A DNA stretch of 64,000 nt from Octopus bimaculoides (GCF_001194135.2 NC_068992.1:9750873-9814872); one strand, 5' to 3'; counted from the first letter of the stretch, positions 1 to 12,313 are shown. The notes: generated from the sequence alone by a model not told the origin. Made by a program: numbers and translations.

Positions 1-600
1 AAAATTTGACGTGTATGCTGGGAACTACAGTATATCAGTTTGGACCTAATTGTACAATGAAATCTCTTGGAAATTTTAATATAAGGGACATATTGTCTCT
101 GAACTTTTAGGATTTCATATTTTTAGGTTGTATCATATTTTTTTCTTCAAAACTGAAGAATACAGCTGCAGCATCTTTGGCAATAAACACATCCCTTATG
201 TATATCAGATGATTGATGGTTCTTCACTGACTCTTAAATATCAGTGAGAATAATATTTTATTCAATAAACCAGACCAGTCCATCATTAATCATTTATTCA
301 AAAGTATTTTACATAAGTAGTTTGACTGATAAGAGATTGGCCTGTAACTGAAAGGGAATCAGTATGATGGCTTCTTGGTTTTGGTCTGGTGGAAATAATG
401 ATAGATTCCTTCTAAGGAAGAGGATAATAATATCTTTCAGATCAGATGGGTTAAAGAAAAATAAAAGAAGTTTACTTATTTCATATTGCAATTTGGAGAC
501 AATACAGGCTTCCAACAAGCCAATTCCTGATTCATTACAGTTCTGGTGGCAAGAATGACAAGGAAGCATCTATAACTCAGAGGCCTTCATGCAAACAGCA
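1..600 (-). mobile_element. Decayed I-clade (I/Nimb/Ingi-like) LINE ORF2 reverse-transcriptase fragment
   Basis: Manual minus-strand translation across stops and frameshifts gives ...PPDQNQEAIILIPFQLQANLLSVKLLM*NTFE*MINDGLVWFIE*NIILTDI... and IRDVFIAKDAAAVFFSFEEK..., collinear with I-clade RT motifs (PSNYRPIALTSCLCKTMERMINDRLVWFLE; IRDAFIKKEHLVAVFFDLEKAYD). Confidence 0.6.
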
Positions 601-660
601 TCTGTTTTTTGCCAATGTTTACATCTTTCATTGATATTTACCGCCTTTAGCAATATACAG

Positions 661-800
661 TGACAGACAGACAGATAGAGAGAGAGAGAGGGAGGAACAG
701 AGACAGAAGGAGAGAGAGGGAGGAACAGAGACAGAAGGAGAGAGAGGGAGGAACAGAGACAGAAGGAGAGAGACAGAGACACACACACACATACACACAT
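661..800. repeat. Compound (GA)n/(CA)n tract with a ~28-bp unit (gggaggaacagagacagaaggagagaga) x3
   Basis: Directly visible. Confidence 0.9.
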
Positions 801-945
801 AGACACAACAGCCATCTTCTAGCTTCCATCAACCAAATCCATGTCTGGAACAATAGCAAAAGACACTTGCCCAAGGTGCTGCACAGTGGGGCTGAACCCA
901 AGACCACATGGTTGGGAAGCAAACGTCTTAATTACACACCCATGA
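795..945 (-). mobile_element. SINE family B, degraded tRNA-like head
   Basis: agacacttgcccaaggtgc...gtggggctgaacccaagaccacatggttgggaagc is the reverse complement of the head at 7405. Confidence 0.7.
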
Positions 946-1329
946 ATGATATTAAATGCTTCTCCCCAATTAAGTAAAGTGGAGATGATGTTAATGTTAT
1001 GGCAGGTTGCTTTGTGCTTTCAAAGACCAGTTAAAGAAAAAAATCCTTTTCTTGAAAAACAGTTTAGGATGGGTGACAGGAAAAGCATCCGGTTGTAAAA
1101 TCCTTCCTTAATAACTTTTATGGTTATATAGAAAAATGGATGTTAAATGAATGAATATACATACAAAGGGCATTCTATTAACTTTCACACACAAGATGTT
1201 GGTCAATCAAAGATAAAAGTAAAAGAAACTTGCTGAAGGAGTTGTACAATGAAACTGAACCCAAAGCATCTAGGTTGCAAAACAAGGTCCACAACTGCCC
1301 TGTGATGCCCCACCAGGTTATTGGAAAAT

Positions 1330-1589
1330 GTTGGGTACCATGTAAAAAGCACCCAGTCCGATCTGTAAAGTGATTGATGTCAGAAAGGGCATCTAGTCTT
1401 AAAAAACCCTTACCAAAGCAGACCTTGCCGGTGCTGGTGCCACTTTGGTTGGTGCTGGGAATGGTATATAACCATAAAAAGAAACATGCAAAAGTAGGCA
1501 GTGGAATTCGGCGCAGTCCTCCAGCATATCACTTCCTGTCAAACCATACAACCCATGCCAGCATGGTGGACAGATGTTAAATGATGATA

Positions 1590-1644
<55 letters not shown>

Positions 1645-1660
1645 GGATGATGATGATGAA
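1330..1660 (+). mobile_element. Family A (RTE 3'-end-derived non-autonomous element), old copy with expanded (GAT)n tail
   Basis: aaaagcacccagt...agaaagggcatc...caacccatgccagcatgg...gttaaatgat followed by (gat)n; same motifs as the younger copies. Confidence 0.7.
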
Positions 1661-2116
1661 GAAGAACATAATGCTACCATCTCACAGATAGATTTTTTGA
1701 GTGATATTGTTCAAAGGAAACTGAAAGGTTGTATTGTTCTCTATTATTTGAATCAAAATTTTGCCATGTATTTTTATTCTTGCATTTTTTTTTTCTCTGT
1801 TGAAACAGAGGAAAACAATTGCTTGATGAAGAGTTTTAACTAACTATTTTATCTAGTTTATTTCATAGGCTATGGGCTATGATTAATAACATGGGTCCAT
1901 TTTTGTGATATTTTTTCAACAAGATTTACTGTCCTTATGTTTAAACTAGTTTTTAATTTTCATTTCATATCATGTTTTATACTTTATTTAAAAAGCGATA
2001 TTACTCAGCATAAAACAACAATAGCTTGCTTTTCATAGATTCTGATATCATAGAATCTAATAATGTAATATCTCATTAAACATTACATAATCTTCACTTC
2101 AGAATATATATATATA

Positions 2117-2408
2117 TCATCATCATCATCATCATCATTATCATCATTTAATGTCCGCTTTCCATGCTAGCATGGGTTGGATGATTTGACTGAGGACTGG
2201 CAAGCCAGAAGGCTGCACCAGGCTCCAATCTGATTTGGCAGAGTTTCTACAGCTGGATGCCCTTCCTAACGCCAACCACTCCGAGAGTGTAGTGGGTGTT
2301 TTTATGCGCCACCGGCACGAGGGCCAGTCACACGGTACTGGCAATGGCCACGCTCAAAAAGGTGTTTTTTACGTGCCACCTGCACGGGAGCCAGTCCAGC
2401 AGCACTAT
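2117..2408 (-). mobile_element. Family A element (young), 5' array truncated by a gap
   Basis: (cat)n-tttaatgtccgctttccatgctagcatgggttgg...ctggatgcccttcctaacgccaaccactccgagagtgtagtggg; near-identical to 16731 and 41641. Confidence 0.9.
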
Positions 2409-2599
2409 NNNNNNNNNNNNNNNNNNNNNNNNNNNNNNNNNNNNNNNNNNNNNNNNNNNNNNNNNNNNNNNNNNNNNNNNNNNNNNNNNNNNNNNNNNNN
2501 NNNNNNNNNNNNNNNNNNNNNNNNNNNNNNNNNNNNNNNNNNNNNNNNNNTATATATATAATACATATATAATTTAGAGAAAAAACAACTATTAACAAA

Positions 2600-2760
2600 T
2601 TCAACGATGAAAAATGTCATTCAAAACATATAGAAAAATAAATATATTAATAAGTTTCAAAATATATTCTTTTCTAGATGGTATAGGAATATCCTTCAAA
2701 GATGAATTCCAAAATAGATGTTCTATCTTACCTGTAAGTTCCATAACTAACGAAATTGGA
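2600..2760 (-). mobile_element. Possible Penelope-like element ORF N-terminus remnant
   Basis: Minus strand reads ...HLFWNSSLKDIPIPSRKEYILKLINI, resembling the YSLKNIPIPSxxxYxKKLI start I recall from invertebrate PLE-type ORFs; single short motif. Confidence 0.35.
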
Positions 2761-2831
2761 GTTAATACAATCAATAAACGTTAGTTATAAATAGAAATAG
2801 AAATATTATAATAATATTAGGGAATACAATT

Positions 2832-2869
<38 letters not shown>

Positions 2870-3261
2870 CCCAAGATGTCATGCAGTGGAACTGAACCCC
2901 AAGCTACATGGTTAAGAAGTAAATTTCTTACTACACAGCCACACCTGCACCTATGTAGAATTGATTTTTTTACAGAAATATAAGTGAAGCATCATAAATT
3001 CTGTCACCAGGGATACAGGTGTTACAGTGTCCATTATTGAAATTTTTGAAGTTATTGAAATTATATTTTTTTTAAATTTCTTATATGTTAATAAAACATT
3101 AGAAATAATATTTTTAAGTAGGAGATTTAGTTTTGTTAAGCTGATCAATAAATTTCAGCAGTTCTAATAGATTATTTATCATTACCATTCTGGATTTGAT
3201 GTTAGTGAAACAAGATTCTTTGACTCTGTCACGGTTAAAATCCTTGTTTTTCTTTTCTAAG

Positions 3262-3345
3262 AAGTTTAAATATCTCAGGACTGTATTCATGAGTGATGGA
3301 AGGCAGAGGGCTGAATTAGATGTTAGAATTACAGGTGCTTGCAGA
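3262..3345 (+). mobile_element. Short RTE-clade RT C-terminal fragment
   Basis: KKFKYLRTVFMSDGRQRAELDVRITGA resembles RTE/Expander EKFKYLGVxFTSDGRQxEELDTRIGKA. Confidence 0.6.
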
Positions 3346-3799
3346 CACACGAACTTGCTTCAGCAATTCAAAGCACGAAAAAATGTTTCTGAAAGTCCTA
3401 CAGTAACTTCCAAGACCTTGGCAGTCTACAGGTGCAAATCAGTGAATGACTTTGATAAAGTCAATCCAGATTTGCCCCTCATAGGTATTTCCCATTAATA
3501 AATATGTCACAAACACATTTTAACCAACCTGAAGTTCACACACACACATATATGGAGTGAGAGAGAGGGGGGAGACAGACAAACAGACAAACAGACAAAC
3601 AGATTGATTTGGATGAGTTATTTTGCTGATATTTTCTGTTTTATCTAGTTATATTCTAGGAATGTTGTACAAGTAATAAAATCAAGCATTAAGTGCAGTT
3701 TGCTTGTGCAAATTTATGGCAATAATGATTCTTTCAGAATATAATAATTTTGATTTCAACACAGTTTTGGATTAAAATTTATGCTGAACGAATTCCGTT

Positions 3800-4330
3800 T
3801 TGTACTTATGCGGGAAAGTGAACAAATATGTTCGTTTGAACTTGTTGGATTTATTTCTCAATGATGTAAATCAGACACAATTTGAAAAGAAAGAAAAGAC
3901 TTCTCTTACAGTTGGTATATAATATATTCCTTGAGATATGCATTTACTAGTGGCATCACCTTCTGCTCCAGCATTGCCAACAGAACTAAATTTCTCTCTG
4001 CAACAGAGTCTTTGAATGGACAAATGGATGACACTTGAAACATTTTAAAGGATTATAAATATATGGCTCAACCTTTAAATTGTAATATCCAATTCAGAAT
4101 TCTTTAGGGAGAGCCAGCGTCTCAAATGTCAGCAATAAGGCATTTATGAGAATCTTCTTTTCTTTCCTTTCTTTTTGTGAAAGAGAACTTTCAACAGATG
4201 CTAAGCCTTGCAAAGTAAGTTTTTTTTTCCATTTTTATCTCTTCTTCATTCACAGATTGAAAGACTGGAGATGTCCACTTGATCTTTACCGAAGTTTAAT
4301 GGTGAGTCACTTTCACTTTTGAAGTTCGCC
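3800..4330 (-). mobile_element. Decayed I-clade LINE ORF1 (gag-like zinc-knuckle protein)
   Basis: Minus strand ...LLLTFETLALPKEF*IGYYNLKVEPYIYNPLKCFKCHPFVH...NCKRS...IEK*IQQVQT matches the I/Nimb ORF1 pattern LTFxxxxLPxxIKIGYxxxKVxPYIPNPLRCFxCQxFGH...CxNC...EKEIQ. Confidence 0.7.
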
Positions 4331-4337
4331 ATATTCA

Positions 4338-4379
<42 letters not shown>

Positions 4380-4967
4380 CACACTCACATTTTCTTTTGT
4401 CCACCATCTTTGCTATTTTCCATGAATATCTGGTCATAATATTATTTATTTGTCTAACCTCCCTCCCCCCGGTCCCACCTCTAACGTCTGTTAAACCTGT
4501 CTCTCATTAAACAAATGGATAACATTTAGAAAAATATTCATGTTCTTCATGTTCATGTCCTCTATAGTGTTAAGTATAGGAAATTTTAGATGCCAGCATC
4601 TTTACTAGAAAATATTGAGCTAAAAAAACGGCGATGTCTGCTGCCATTCCTTGTCAACAAATTATTCTTTAAGTGTTGTGCTTCCAAAGGCATATGAAAC
4701 TAGAAAAAAATCCATTACTTGAAAAAGTGATAAGTGTAAACAACAGGAAGTGCATCTGGCTGCAAAATAAAAATCCCACAATAATTTGTACTCATCCGAG
4801 CCATGCAAACATGAAGGAAAAAAATGAACGTAAAATTAACAAACAAATGATTAAGCTTGAAAATGTTCCTCACTATCTGATCCTTTCTTCTGGTACAGCC
4901 TTTACTGAAAAGGCCTATGATTAAAGGCATTCAGGCTGTGACCACCACATTCATTTTTAGAAATACA

Positions 4968-5360
4968 TTGTTGTTGTTGTTGGCACTTCGTCGCTTACGA
5001 CGTCGAGGGTTCCAGTTGATCCGATCAACGGAACAGCCTGCTCGTGAAATTAACATGCAAGTGGCTGCGCACTCCACAGACACGTGTACCCTTAACGTAG
5101 TTCTCGGGGAGATTCAGTATGACACAGAGTGACAAGGCTGGCCCTTTGAAATACAGGTACAACAGAAACAGGAAGAAAGAGTGAGAGAAAGTTGTGGTGA
5201 AAGAGTACAGCAGGGTTCGCCACCATCCCCTGCCGGAGCCTCGTAGAGCTTTAGGTGTTTTCGCTCAATAAACACTCACAACGCCCGGTCTGGGAATCGA
5301 AACCACGATCCTATGACCGCGAGTCCGCTGCCCTAACCACTGGACCATTGCACCTCCACA
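4968..5360 (-). mobile_element. SINE family D, full length (tRNA-Arg-like head, (AAC)n tail)
   Basis: Reverse complement has A box (tggtccagtggttagg) and B box (ggtttcgattccc); ~90% similar by eye to the plus copy at 38130. Confidence 0.9.
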
Positions 5361-5619
5361 AAAATACATTAGCCAGTGTGAACCCACCCTCTTTTAACAT
5401 ATTTACAGCAACTGGAACGTGTTGGGTTCCAGTGGATCCAATCAAAGGAACAGCCTGCTTGGGAAATTAATGTACAAATGGCTGAGTACACCACAAGCAC
5501 TATGAATATTATCCAAGCCCCTCATTCTCAGTCTCACCCTAGGTCTCCTGTCAGTTGGCTCAGCTTGAAGAATTCATCTTGTGATTCTTTCTTGTGACAT
5601 TCTAATAACAAACTTGTAG

Positions 5620-6025
5620 AACAGGAGCTGTGACCACTTGACAGTAATGATCAAGAAATAGCAGTCAAATCTTCCACAAATTACATCCTCCAAACAATTA
5701 AAGTTAGAGAAAATCTAGATGGTCATGGCTGGAGTGCTTTTGATAAACGCCTGCTCTATCAGGAACTTTGGGTTAAACAACAATTACTAAAATCAATAGA
5801 AAGAGTTAAAAGAGTCTTCATGTGGTCACTCAACCTGCAAGAAGCAACAGCTAGATCTCCCTCAAAACTCCCCACACCAAATAGTCTTAGAAAAGAACAC
5901 AATGGATGCTGTGGAGCTGGATTCCTTGCTCATGGGCAAAGGTGAAGTGGTCATGGGTGGAATGTCTTTGATTAATGCCTGCTTGACCAGGACTGATTTG
6001 TGGCTAAACAACAACAAAAACAACA
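5620..6025 (+). mobile_element. Two degraded copies of interspersed repeat family G ((AAC)n tail)
   Basis: Shared motifs agaaatagcagtcaaatct...atggtcatggctggagtgcttttgat...ggttaaacaacaa recur at ~13620 and ~29945. Confidence 0.6.
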
Positions 6026-6674
6026 ACTACCACCCCCAAGCACCACCACCACCACCACCACCATAACTATCATCATCATCATCATTGTCATGAATCATTC
6101 CTCTTTGTTCTCTATGTGTTAAAAGAGTAATCTACTCCTCCATCCATCATCCATCAACACAACTGGCCCGACTCCACACCACCACCACCACCGCCGCCGC
6201 CACCCTACAACGTATTCTGGGAGAGAACATATCGGACACGTCGATATATCAGACACATCATATATAATTATACTCACAGTGCTAAGGAACTTAATTAACT
6301 TAATAAAATGACAGCCAATAGTTAATTGTTTTAAATTACAGAGCTTGCGAAAAGAGTGAAAAAAAACTCTGTGTGTATGAGAGAGAGAGAGCGAGAGAGA
6401 GAGAGGGGAACAGACTGAAAGAGAGAGACAGAGAGAGAGAAACAGAGTGAGAGAGAGAAACAGAGTGAGAGAGAGACAGGGAGAGACAGAGAGGTCCATG
6501 GTGTAAAAGTTTACACGGACAACAAGCTGCTGCCGCTGCTGTTGTTGTTGTCAAATATTGGATGGAAAATATAACTTTTGTTGACCACTGATCACATGGA
6601 TCTGTTTGTATACAGAACCTGCATGTACTCACACATGTGCAGATATGTATGAGGCAACTTGGCAATCATTAGAG

Positions 6675-6838
6675 CAGTCATGAAGAAAATGCAGCCCAGC
6701 AAGCCACATGTGGCCTGCAGGGCTTTCAGAATGGCCTAACATAAAATTATCTTGAATTTTTTTTCAGTACTGCAGCCTGTCTGACAATCAGCCATGTCTC
6801 ATGCAGCCCATTTCTCAGGAAAAAGTTGACCATGTCTG
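6675..6838. mobile_element. hAT (Charlie-like) MITE, degraded
   Basis: Ends cagtcatg.../...catgtctg, internal gccacatgtggcc; 8-bp flanks cattagag vs tgtcagaa differ only by transitions; same end at 35178. Confidence 0.5.
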
Positions 6839-6863
6839 TGTCAGAATATCAGAAGAAATGCAA

Positions 6864-7082
6864 GGCGGTGAGCTGGCAGAAACATTAGCACACCGGGTGA
6901 AATGCTTAGCGGTATCTTGTCTGTTTTTACGTTCTGAGTTCAAATTCTGCTGAGGTCAACTTTGCCTTTCATCCTTTCGGGGGTCGATAAATTAAGTACC
7001 AGTTGTATACTGGGGTTGATCAAATCGACTGGCCCACTTCCAAAAACTTTCAGGCCTTGTGCCTAAAATAGAAAAGAATATT
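6864..7082 (+). mobile_element. SINE family C, full length
   Basis: ggcggtgagctggcaga (A box)...gagttcaaattc (B box)...gtcaactttgcctttcatcctttcgggggtcgataaattaagtaccag core; several other copies in the window. Confidence 0.9.
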
Positions 7083-7404
7083 GGAAGAAATGCATTGTGA
7101 GATATATTCTTCTGGCTCCTTATCTGTTCTGAGTTCAAATCCTACCAAGGTTCAACATTGTCTATCATCTTCTCAGGTTCAATAAGTAAAATACCAGGCA
7201 AGAGAAATAAACTGGTGGAATCATTTGAGCATCAGACAAGATACTGTGTCATATTTTGTTCCGGCCGTTTAGGTTTTGATTTCAAATCCTTGCAGTGGAC
7301 TTAATCGATTAACATTCAAATCATTCTATCAAATGTGATGCTTATTTATTCACTGTTTTGAATAAATCATGGATTATCTTGTAACTTCAAGATTCCAGTG
7401 ATGC

Positions 7405-7800
7405 GGAGTGGCTGTGTGGTAAGTAGCTTGCTTACCAACCACATGGTCCCGGGTTCAGTCCCACTGCGTGGCATCTTGGGCAAGTGTCTTCTACCATAGC
7501 CTCGAGCCGACCAAAGCCTTGTGAGTGGATTTGGTAGACGGAAACTGAAAGAAGCCTGTCGTATATATGTATATATATATGTGTTTGTATGTCTGTATTT
7601 GTCCCCCCAACATCGCTTGACAACCGATGCTGGTGTGTTTATGTCCCCGTAACTTAGCGGTTCGGCAAAAGAGACCGATAGAATAAGTACTAGGCTTCCA
7701 AAGAATAAGTCCCGGGTTCGATTTGCTCGACTAAAGGCGGTGCTCCAGCATGGACACAGTCAAAAGACTGAAACAAGTAAACGAGTAAAGAGTAAAGAGT
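7405..7800 (+). mobile_element. SINE family B, full length (tRNA-like head, central (TA)n/(TG)n, (aagagt)n tail)
   Basis: A box tggctgtgtggtaag, B box gggttcagtccc; near-identical copies at 10336, 24116, 47442 and 51660. Confidence 0.92.
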
Positions 7801-7829
7801 ATTCATTCAATCAAGAATACAAATGGCAG

Positions 7830-8212
7830 AAATGGGATTCCTCCAAGAAATCTCTGGGATAATGTTACTTGACAGGGTACATAGCTTGGAGATCAAGAAG
7901 GCTGTTGAGGTTGAGATGCTACCTCTTGGCATTGAGAAGTCACGGTTCCGGTACTATGGACATGTAATTAGAATGTTACAAGAAAGAATTGCAAGATGAA
8001 TTTGTCAAGCTAGAACGGCGGGCCGGAAATCTAAGGGTAGATCAAATATGGAATGGTGGAAGAATATGCACAATCTCAGCTGGTCACACTAAAGAATCCA
8101 GCCAGAAAATGTAATGACAATTGTTTCTGATATGACCTCATGGAGAAGATACCTGAAGACTCTATCCCTATGACCTCCCCAGGAATAATGGGTAGGAAAG
8201 ATGGATTGATGT
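7830..8212 (+). mobile_element. RTE-clade LINE 3' end (Expander-like), decayed
   Basis: MGFLQEISGIMLLDRVHSLEIKKAVEVEMLPLGIEKSRFRYYGHVIRM...SWRRYLK parallels EMRFLRRIEG...IERSQLRWFGHVSRM; second copy at 41312. Confidence 0.8.
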
Positions 8213-8639
8213 AATACTAAAGAAAATACAATGTATATTATACATGAGATATTTTATCTGAGACATCATAGCCTATAAGAGGGGGTGCGCATTATACATG
8301 AGTACATATTATACATGAGTAACTACTATATTCGATGCCAAGAAAATGGAACAGAGTATATTGACTCTGCAAGGCTTTTAGGAAACTAATATATTTTTTT
8401 ATATTTACCTCCATTTTCTTATGTATAGACATCCTCCTATTTTCTTTACCATTTTCCTCATTCTTTCGTTTCTCCCAAGAAATACAAGCCGACCAACCAT
8501 ACACTGATAAAAACACACAATTATGGATTTAGTCTAAATTACATTGCTGGTTTATAGAAGCAACAGTGAGAGAAAGAAACAATGTCAGAAACCAACAGAA
8601 TGAAACACAAACAGGCAAGCAAGAAGATGAAGTGAGAAG

Positions 8640-8968
8640 CAGACAGACAGGACGACAAACAGACAGACAGACAGATAGATAGATAGATAGATAGATAGAT
8701 AAAAAGACAAACAGACAGAATGGTAGATAGATGGATGGATTTGGTGGATGGATGGATGGATGAATATACAGATGATATAGATACAGAGATAGATAGCTAG
8801 ATAGATATACAGAACACTGTTTAATGTAAAAACACACAAACTTATTGGCACTGATATATTACACGACATAGTGAAAAATAAAGTTTGATCCCACCCGCCA
8901 ACCTGAAACAATTGCTATCAAGGGAATTTTCAAAAGACAATAATAACAATAACAACAACAACAACAAC

Positions 8969-8999
<31 letters not shown>

Positions 9000-9354
9000 G
9001 AAACAAAATTAAAAAATGCAACAAGATGTGATCATAAAAATGAACAAAGACATATATATATATAACACGTGTATATATTTATATTGCATCATTCACATCA
9101 ACAACAATAAAATCAAGAAAACAGAGACTATCCCTCTTTCTACACCACTCACCAATGACAATAAAAAATATACACTGGTTGACAGAAAAAAAGACTATAC
9201 AAAATACACACACACACACATAAAATGGAAACAGCTTAAATAAGATATTTGCCAATTAAGAAAAGTTAATCCTAGCAGAAGTAAGATTTCTTCAAGTTAG
9301 ATAAACATAAACAATATGATACATACATACATACATACATACATACATACACAC

Positions 9355-9386
<32 letters not shown>

Positions 9387-9485
9387 GTATATATGCGTTT
9401 GTGTATGTATGTATGTATGTATGTATGTATGTATGTATATTCACGCGCATACATATAAATATATGGATGAATGGATGCATGTATG

Positions 9486-9527
<42 letters not shown>
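8640..9527. repeat. Microsatellite cluster: (GATA)n/(GACA)n, (TAA)n/(CAA)n, (TACA)n/(TATG)n, (TA)n
   Basis: Directly visible; ends at a gap. Confidence 0.9.
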
Positions 9528-10335
9528 NNNNNNNNNNNNNNNNNNNNNNNNNNNNNNNNNNNNNNNNNNNNNNNNNNNNNNNNNNNNNNNNNNNNNNNNN
9601 NNNNNNNNNNNNNNNNNNNNNNNNNNNNNNNNNNNNNNNNNNNNNNNNNNNNNNNNNNNNNNNNNNNNNNNNNNNNNNNNNNNNNNNNNNNNNNNNNNNN
9701 NNNNNNNNNNNNNNNNNNNNNNNNNNNNNNNNNNNNNNNNNNNNNNNNNNNNNNNNNNNNNNNNNNNNNNNNNNNNNNNNNNNNNNNNNNNNNNNNNNNN
9801 NNNNNNNNNNNNNNNNNNNNNNNNNNNNNNNNNNNNNNNNNNNNNNNNNNNNNNNNNNNNNNNNNNNNNNNNNNNNNNNNNNNNNNNNNNNNNNNNNNNN
9901 NNNNNNNNNNNNNNNNNNNNNNNNNNNNNNNNNNNNNNNNNNNNNNNNNNNNNNNNNNNNNNNNNNNNNNNNNNNNNNNNNNNNNNNNNNNNNNNNNNNN
10001 NNNNNNNNNNNNNNNNNNNNNNNNNNNNNNNNNNNNNNNNNNNNNNNNNNNNNNNNNNNNNNNNNNNNNNNNNNNNNNNNNNNNNNNNNNNNNNNNNNNN
10101 NNNNNNNNNNNNNNNNNNNNNNNNNNNNNNNNNNNNNNNNNNNNNNNNNNNNNNNNNNNNNNNNNNNNNNNNNNNNNNNNNNNNNNNNNNNNNNNNNNNN
10201 NNNNNNNNNNNNNNNNNNNNNNNNNNNNNNNNNNNNNNNNNNNNNNNNNNNNNNNNNNNNNNNNNNGTGAAACTCAGAGTAACGGTTTTTTTGTTATATT
10301 TCTGCTGCTTTTAAATAAAGTGTATATATATATAT

Positions 10336-10575
10336 ATACTCTTTTTTTTACTCTTTTACTTGTTTCAGTCATTTGACTGCGGCCATGCTGGAGCACCGCC
10401 TTTAGTCGAGCAAATCGACCCCAGGACTTATTCTTTGTAAGCCTAGTACTTATTCTATCGGTCTCTTTTGCCAAACCGCTAAGTTACGGGGAACGTAAAC
10501 ACACCAGCATCGGTTGTCAAGCGATGTTGGGGGGGGGGACAAACACAGACACACAAACACATATATATACATATA
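10336..10575 (-). mobile_element. SINE family B, 3' half
   Basis: Reverse complement of 7600-7800. Confidence 0.9.
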
Positions 10576-10709
10576 TCATCTGTACAATGTGGGATCATCT
10601 GTACATGGTGGAACAAATACTACACAGGGTAATTTTTATTTGGAAACAAAAATAATAGTTCTTCAGTTTTCTTAATCAAAATTTCTTGTTGATATGGATT
10701 AGCAAGAGA

Positions 10710-10749
<40 letters not shown>

Positions 10750-10762
10750 CACACACACACAT

Positions 10763-11012
10763 GTGGAGGTGCATGGCTTAGTGGTTAGGGTGTCAGCATC
10801 ATGATCGTAAGATTGTGGTTTCAATTCCTGAACAGGGCGACGCGTTGTGTTCTTGAGCAAAGCACTTCATTTCACGTTGCTCCAGTCCACTCAGCTGGCA
10901 AAAATGAGTAACACTGCAATGGACTGGCGTCCCATCCAGCTGGGGAACACATACGCCATTGAAACCGGGAAACGGGGCCCATGAGCCTGGCTAGGCTTTA
11001 AAAGGGTGCATT
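10763..11012 (+). mobile_element. SINE family E: tRNA head plus CORE-like domain (possibly OR2-related)
   Basis: tggcttagtggttagg A box, ggtttcaattcc B box, then gttgtgttcttgagcaaagcacttcat...ccagtccactcagctg, resembling the CORE domain; copies at 16419, 17119 and 53328. Confidence 0.8.
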
Positions 11013-11504
11013 TATTTTTTTTATTACATATACACTCACACACATACACATACATTACACACATACATGCATACACAGAGGATGCTTGTTTCTCAACCGT
11101 ATGGTTCCTAGTTCAGCCCCACTGCATGGCACCTTTGTCAAGTGTCTTTTGGGCTGACCAAAGCCTTGTGAGTGAATTTGGTAGATGGAAATTCCATTGT
11201 GTGTTTATTTATGCTTGTGTGAAAGTGCTCCTTTAATAGTAAGAAGGGAAACATACATACACATACATAGATATGCATATAATCACACACACACACACAC
11301 ATAATTGGCACATGTACCTGTATAGGAACCAGGCTCAGTGCTTGTACAGAGAACCTCTTCTTGTACTGCAAAGAGCAACACTCCAGTTTCAAGTAACAAA
11401 TCTTAATTTTTCATATCAATCATCAGGTTTTAACCACAATGACATTTCATTCAACTTCCGAAAACCTGCCAAGAATTTTTCCTACTTCCAGCACTACAGC
11501 CAGC

Positions 11505-11925
11505 ACCATCATCATCGTCACCACCACCACCACCACCGGTACCATCACCATCATCATCATCATCATCATCATCATCGTCACCACCACCACAAACACCACC
11601 ACCACCACCACCGGTACCATCACCATCATCATCATCATCATCGTTATCTTTACCATCGTCGTTATCGTTATCATCATCATGATTGTTGATCATTATTTTA
11701 AAAGAAATTATTATTATTGTTGTTGTTGTTGTAGTTGCTGCTACTACCAGTAATACTACAACTATTATTACTATTATTTTTATTATTATTACTGTTGCTA
11801 CTACTACTGCTACTACTTTTACTATTAATATTATTACTACCATTCTTTCTACTACCGTTATTATTATTGCTGTTATTCTTACCACCACCACCACCACCAC
11901 CACCAATACTACAACTACTACTAAC
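11505..11925. repeat. Compound trinucleotide tract (CAT/CAC/TAT/TGT/TAC)n
   Basis: Directly visible; source of the poly-H/I/T ORFs. Confidence 0.95.
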
Positions 11926-12001
11926 TGAAGCCCAAATATTAATTGAAGATTATAAATCCAATTATGAACAGATTATATGGCTGTAGAAACGAAGACATTA
12001 C

Positions 12002-12056
12002 CTTAGTGACAATCTGACTGGAATCAAACTGACGTTGAATGAGTCTAAGAGTGACA
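12002..12056 (-). CDS. Candidate internal exon, unassigned (xVTLRLIQRQFDSSQIVTK)
   Basis: Acceptor ttagttgtttcag, donor AAG|gtaatg, 55 nt, open frame; no homology recognised. Confidence 0.2.
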
Positions 12057-12313
12057 CTGAAACAACTAATAGCAGAATGGGTGAATGGTTGCTAAACCAG
12101 GGTATTACCCAACACTATCATCCACCCCAGTAAGGGCCAAGCAAATAAGGGAAGGAGCTACAACACAGGCATTCAGCTTGCTAGATATAGCAACCAAATC
12201 TCCTTCGTTTCATATCTTTTATCTTTTATAACTTTTACTTGTTGCAGTGATTAAACTGTGGTCATGCTGGGGCACTACCCTGAGGGAATATAGTCAAAGG
12301 AATTGACCTCAGT

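Noticed and set aside
1688-1843. IDFLSDIVQRK resemblance to histone-fold (NF-YC/CHRAC1) C-termini
   Set aside because: Only a few residues match, the donor (gttgta) is weak, and the upstream helix region is absent.
2678-2733. Plus-strand exon-like segment (ttctag...CCT|gtaagt; DGIGISFKDEFQNRCSILP)
   Set aside because: Overlaps a probable retroelement ORF remnant on the opposite strand; the splice-like sites are likely chance.
4098-4301. Two plus-strand exon-like segments with gtaagt/gtgagt donors
   Set aside because: They lie antisense within the I-clade ORF1 relic and would need a 41-nt intron.
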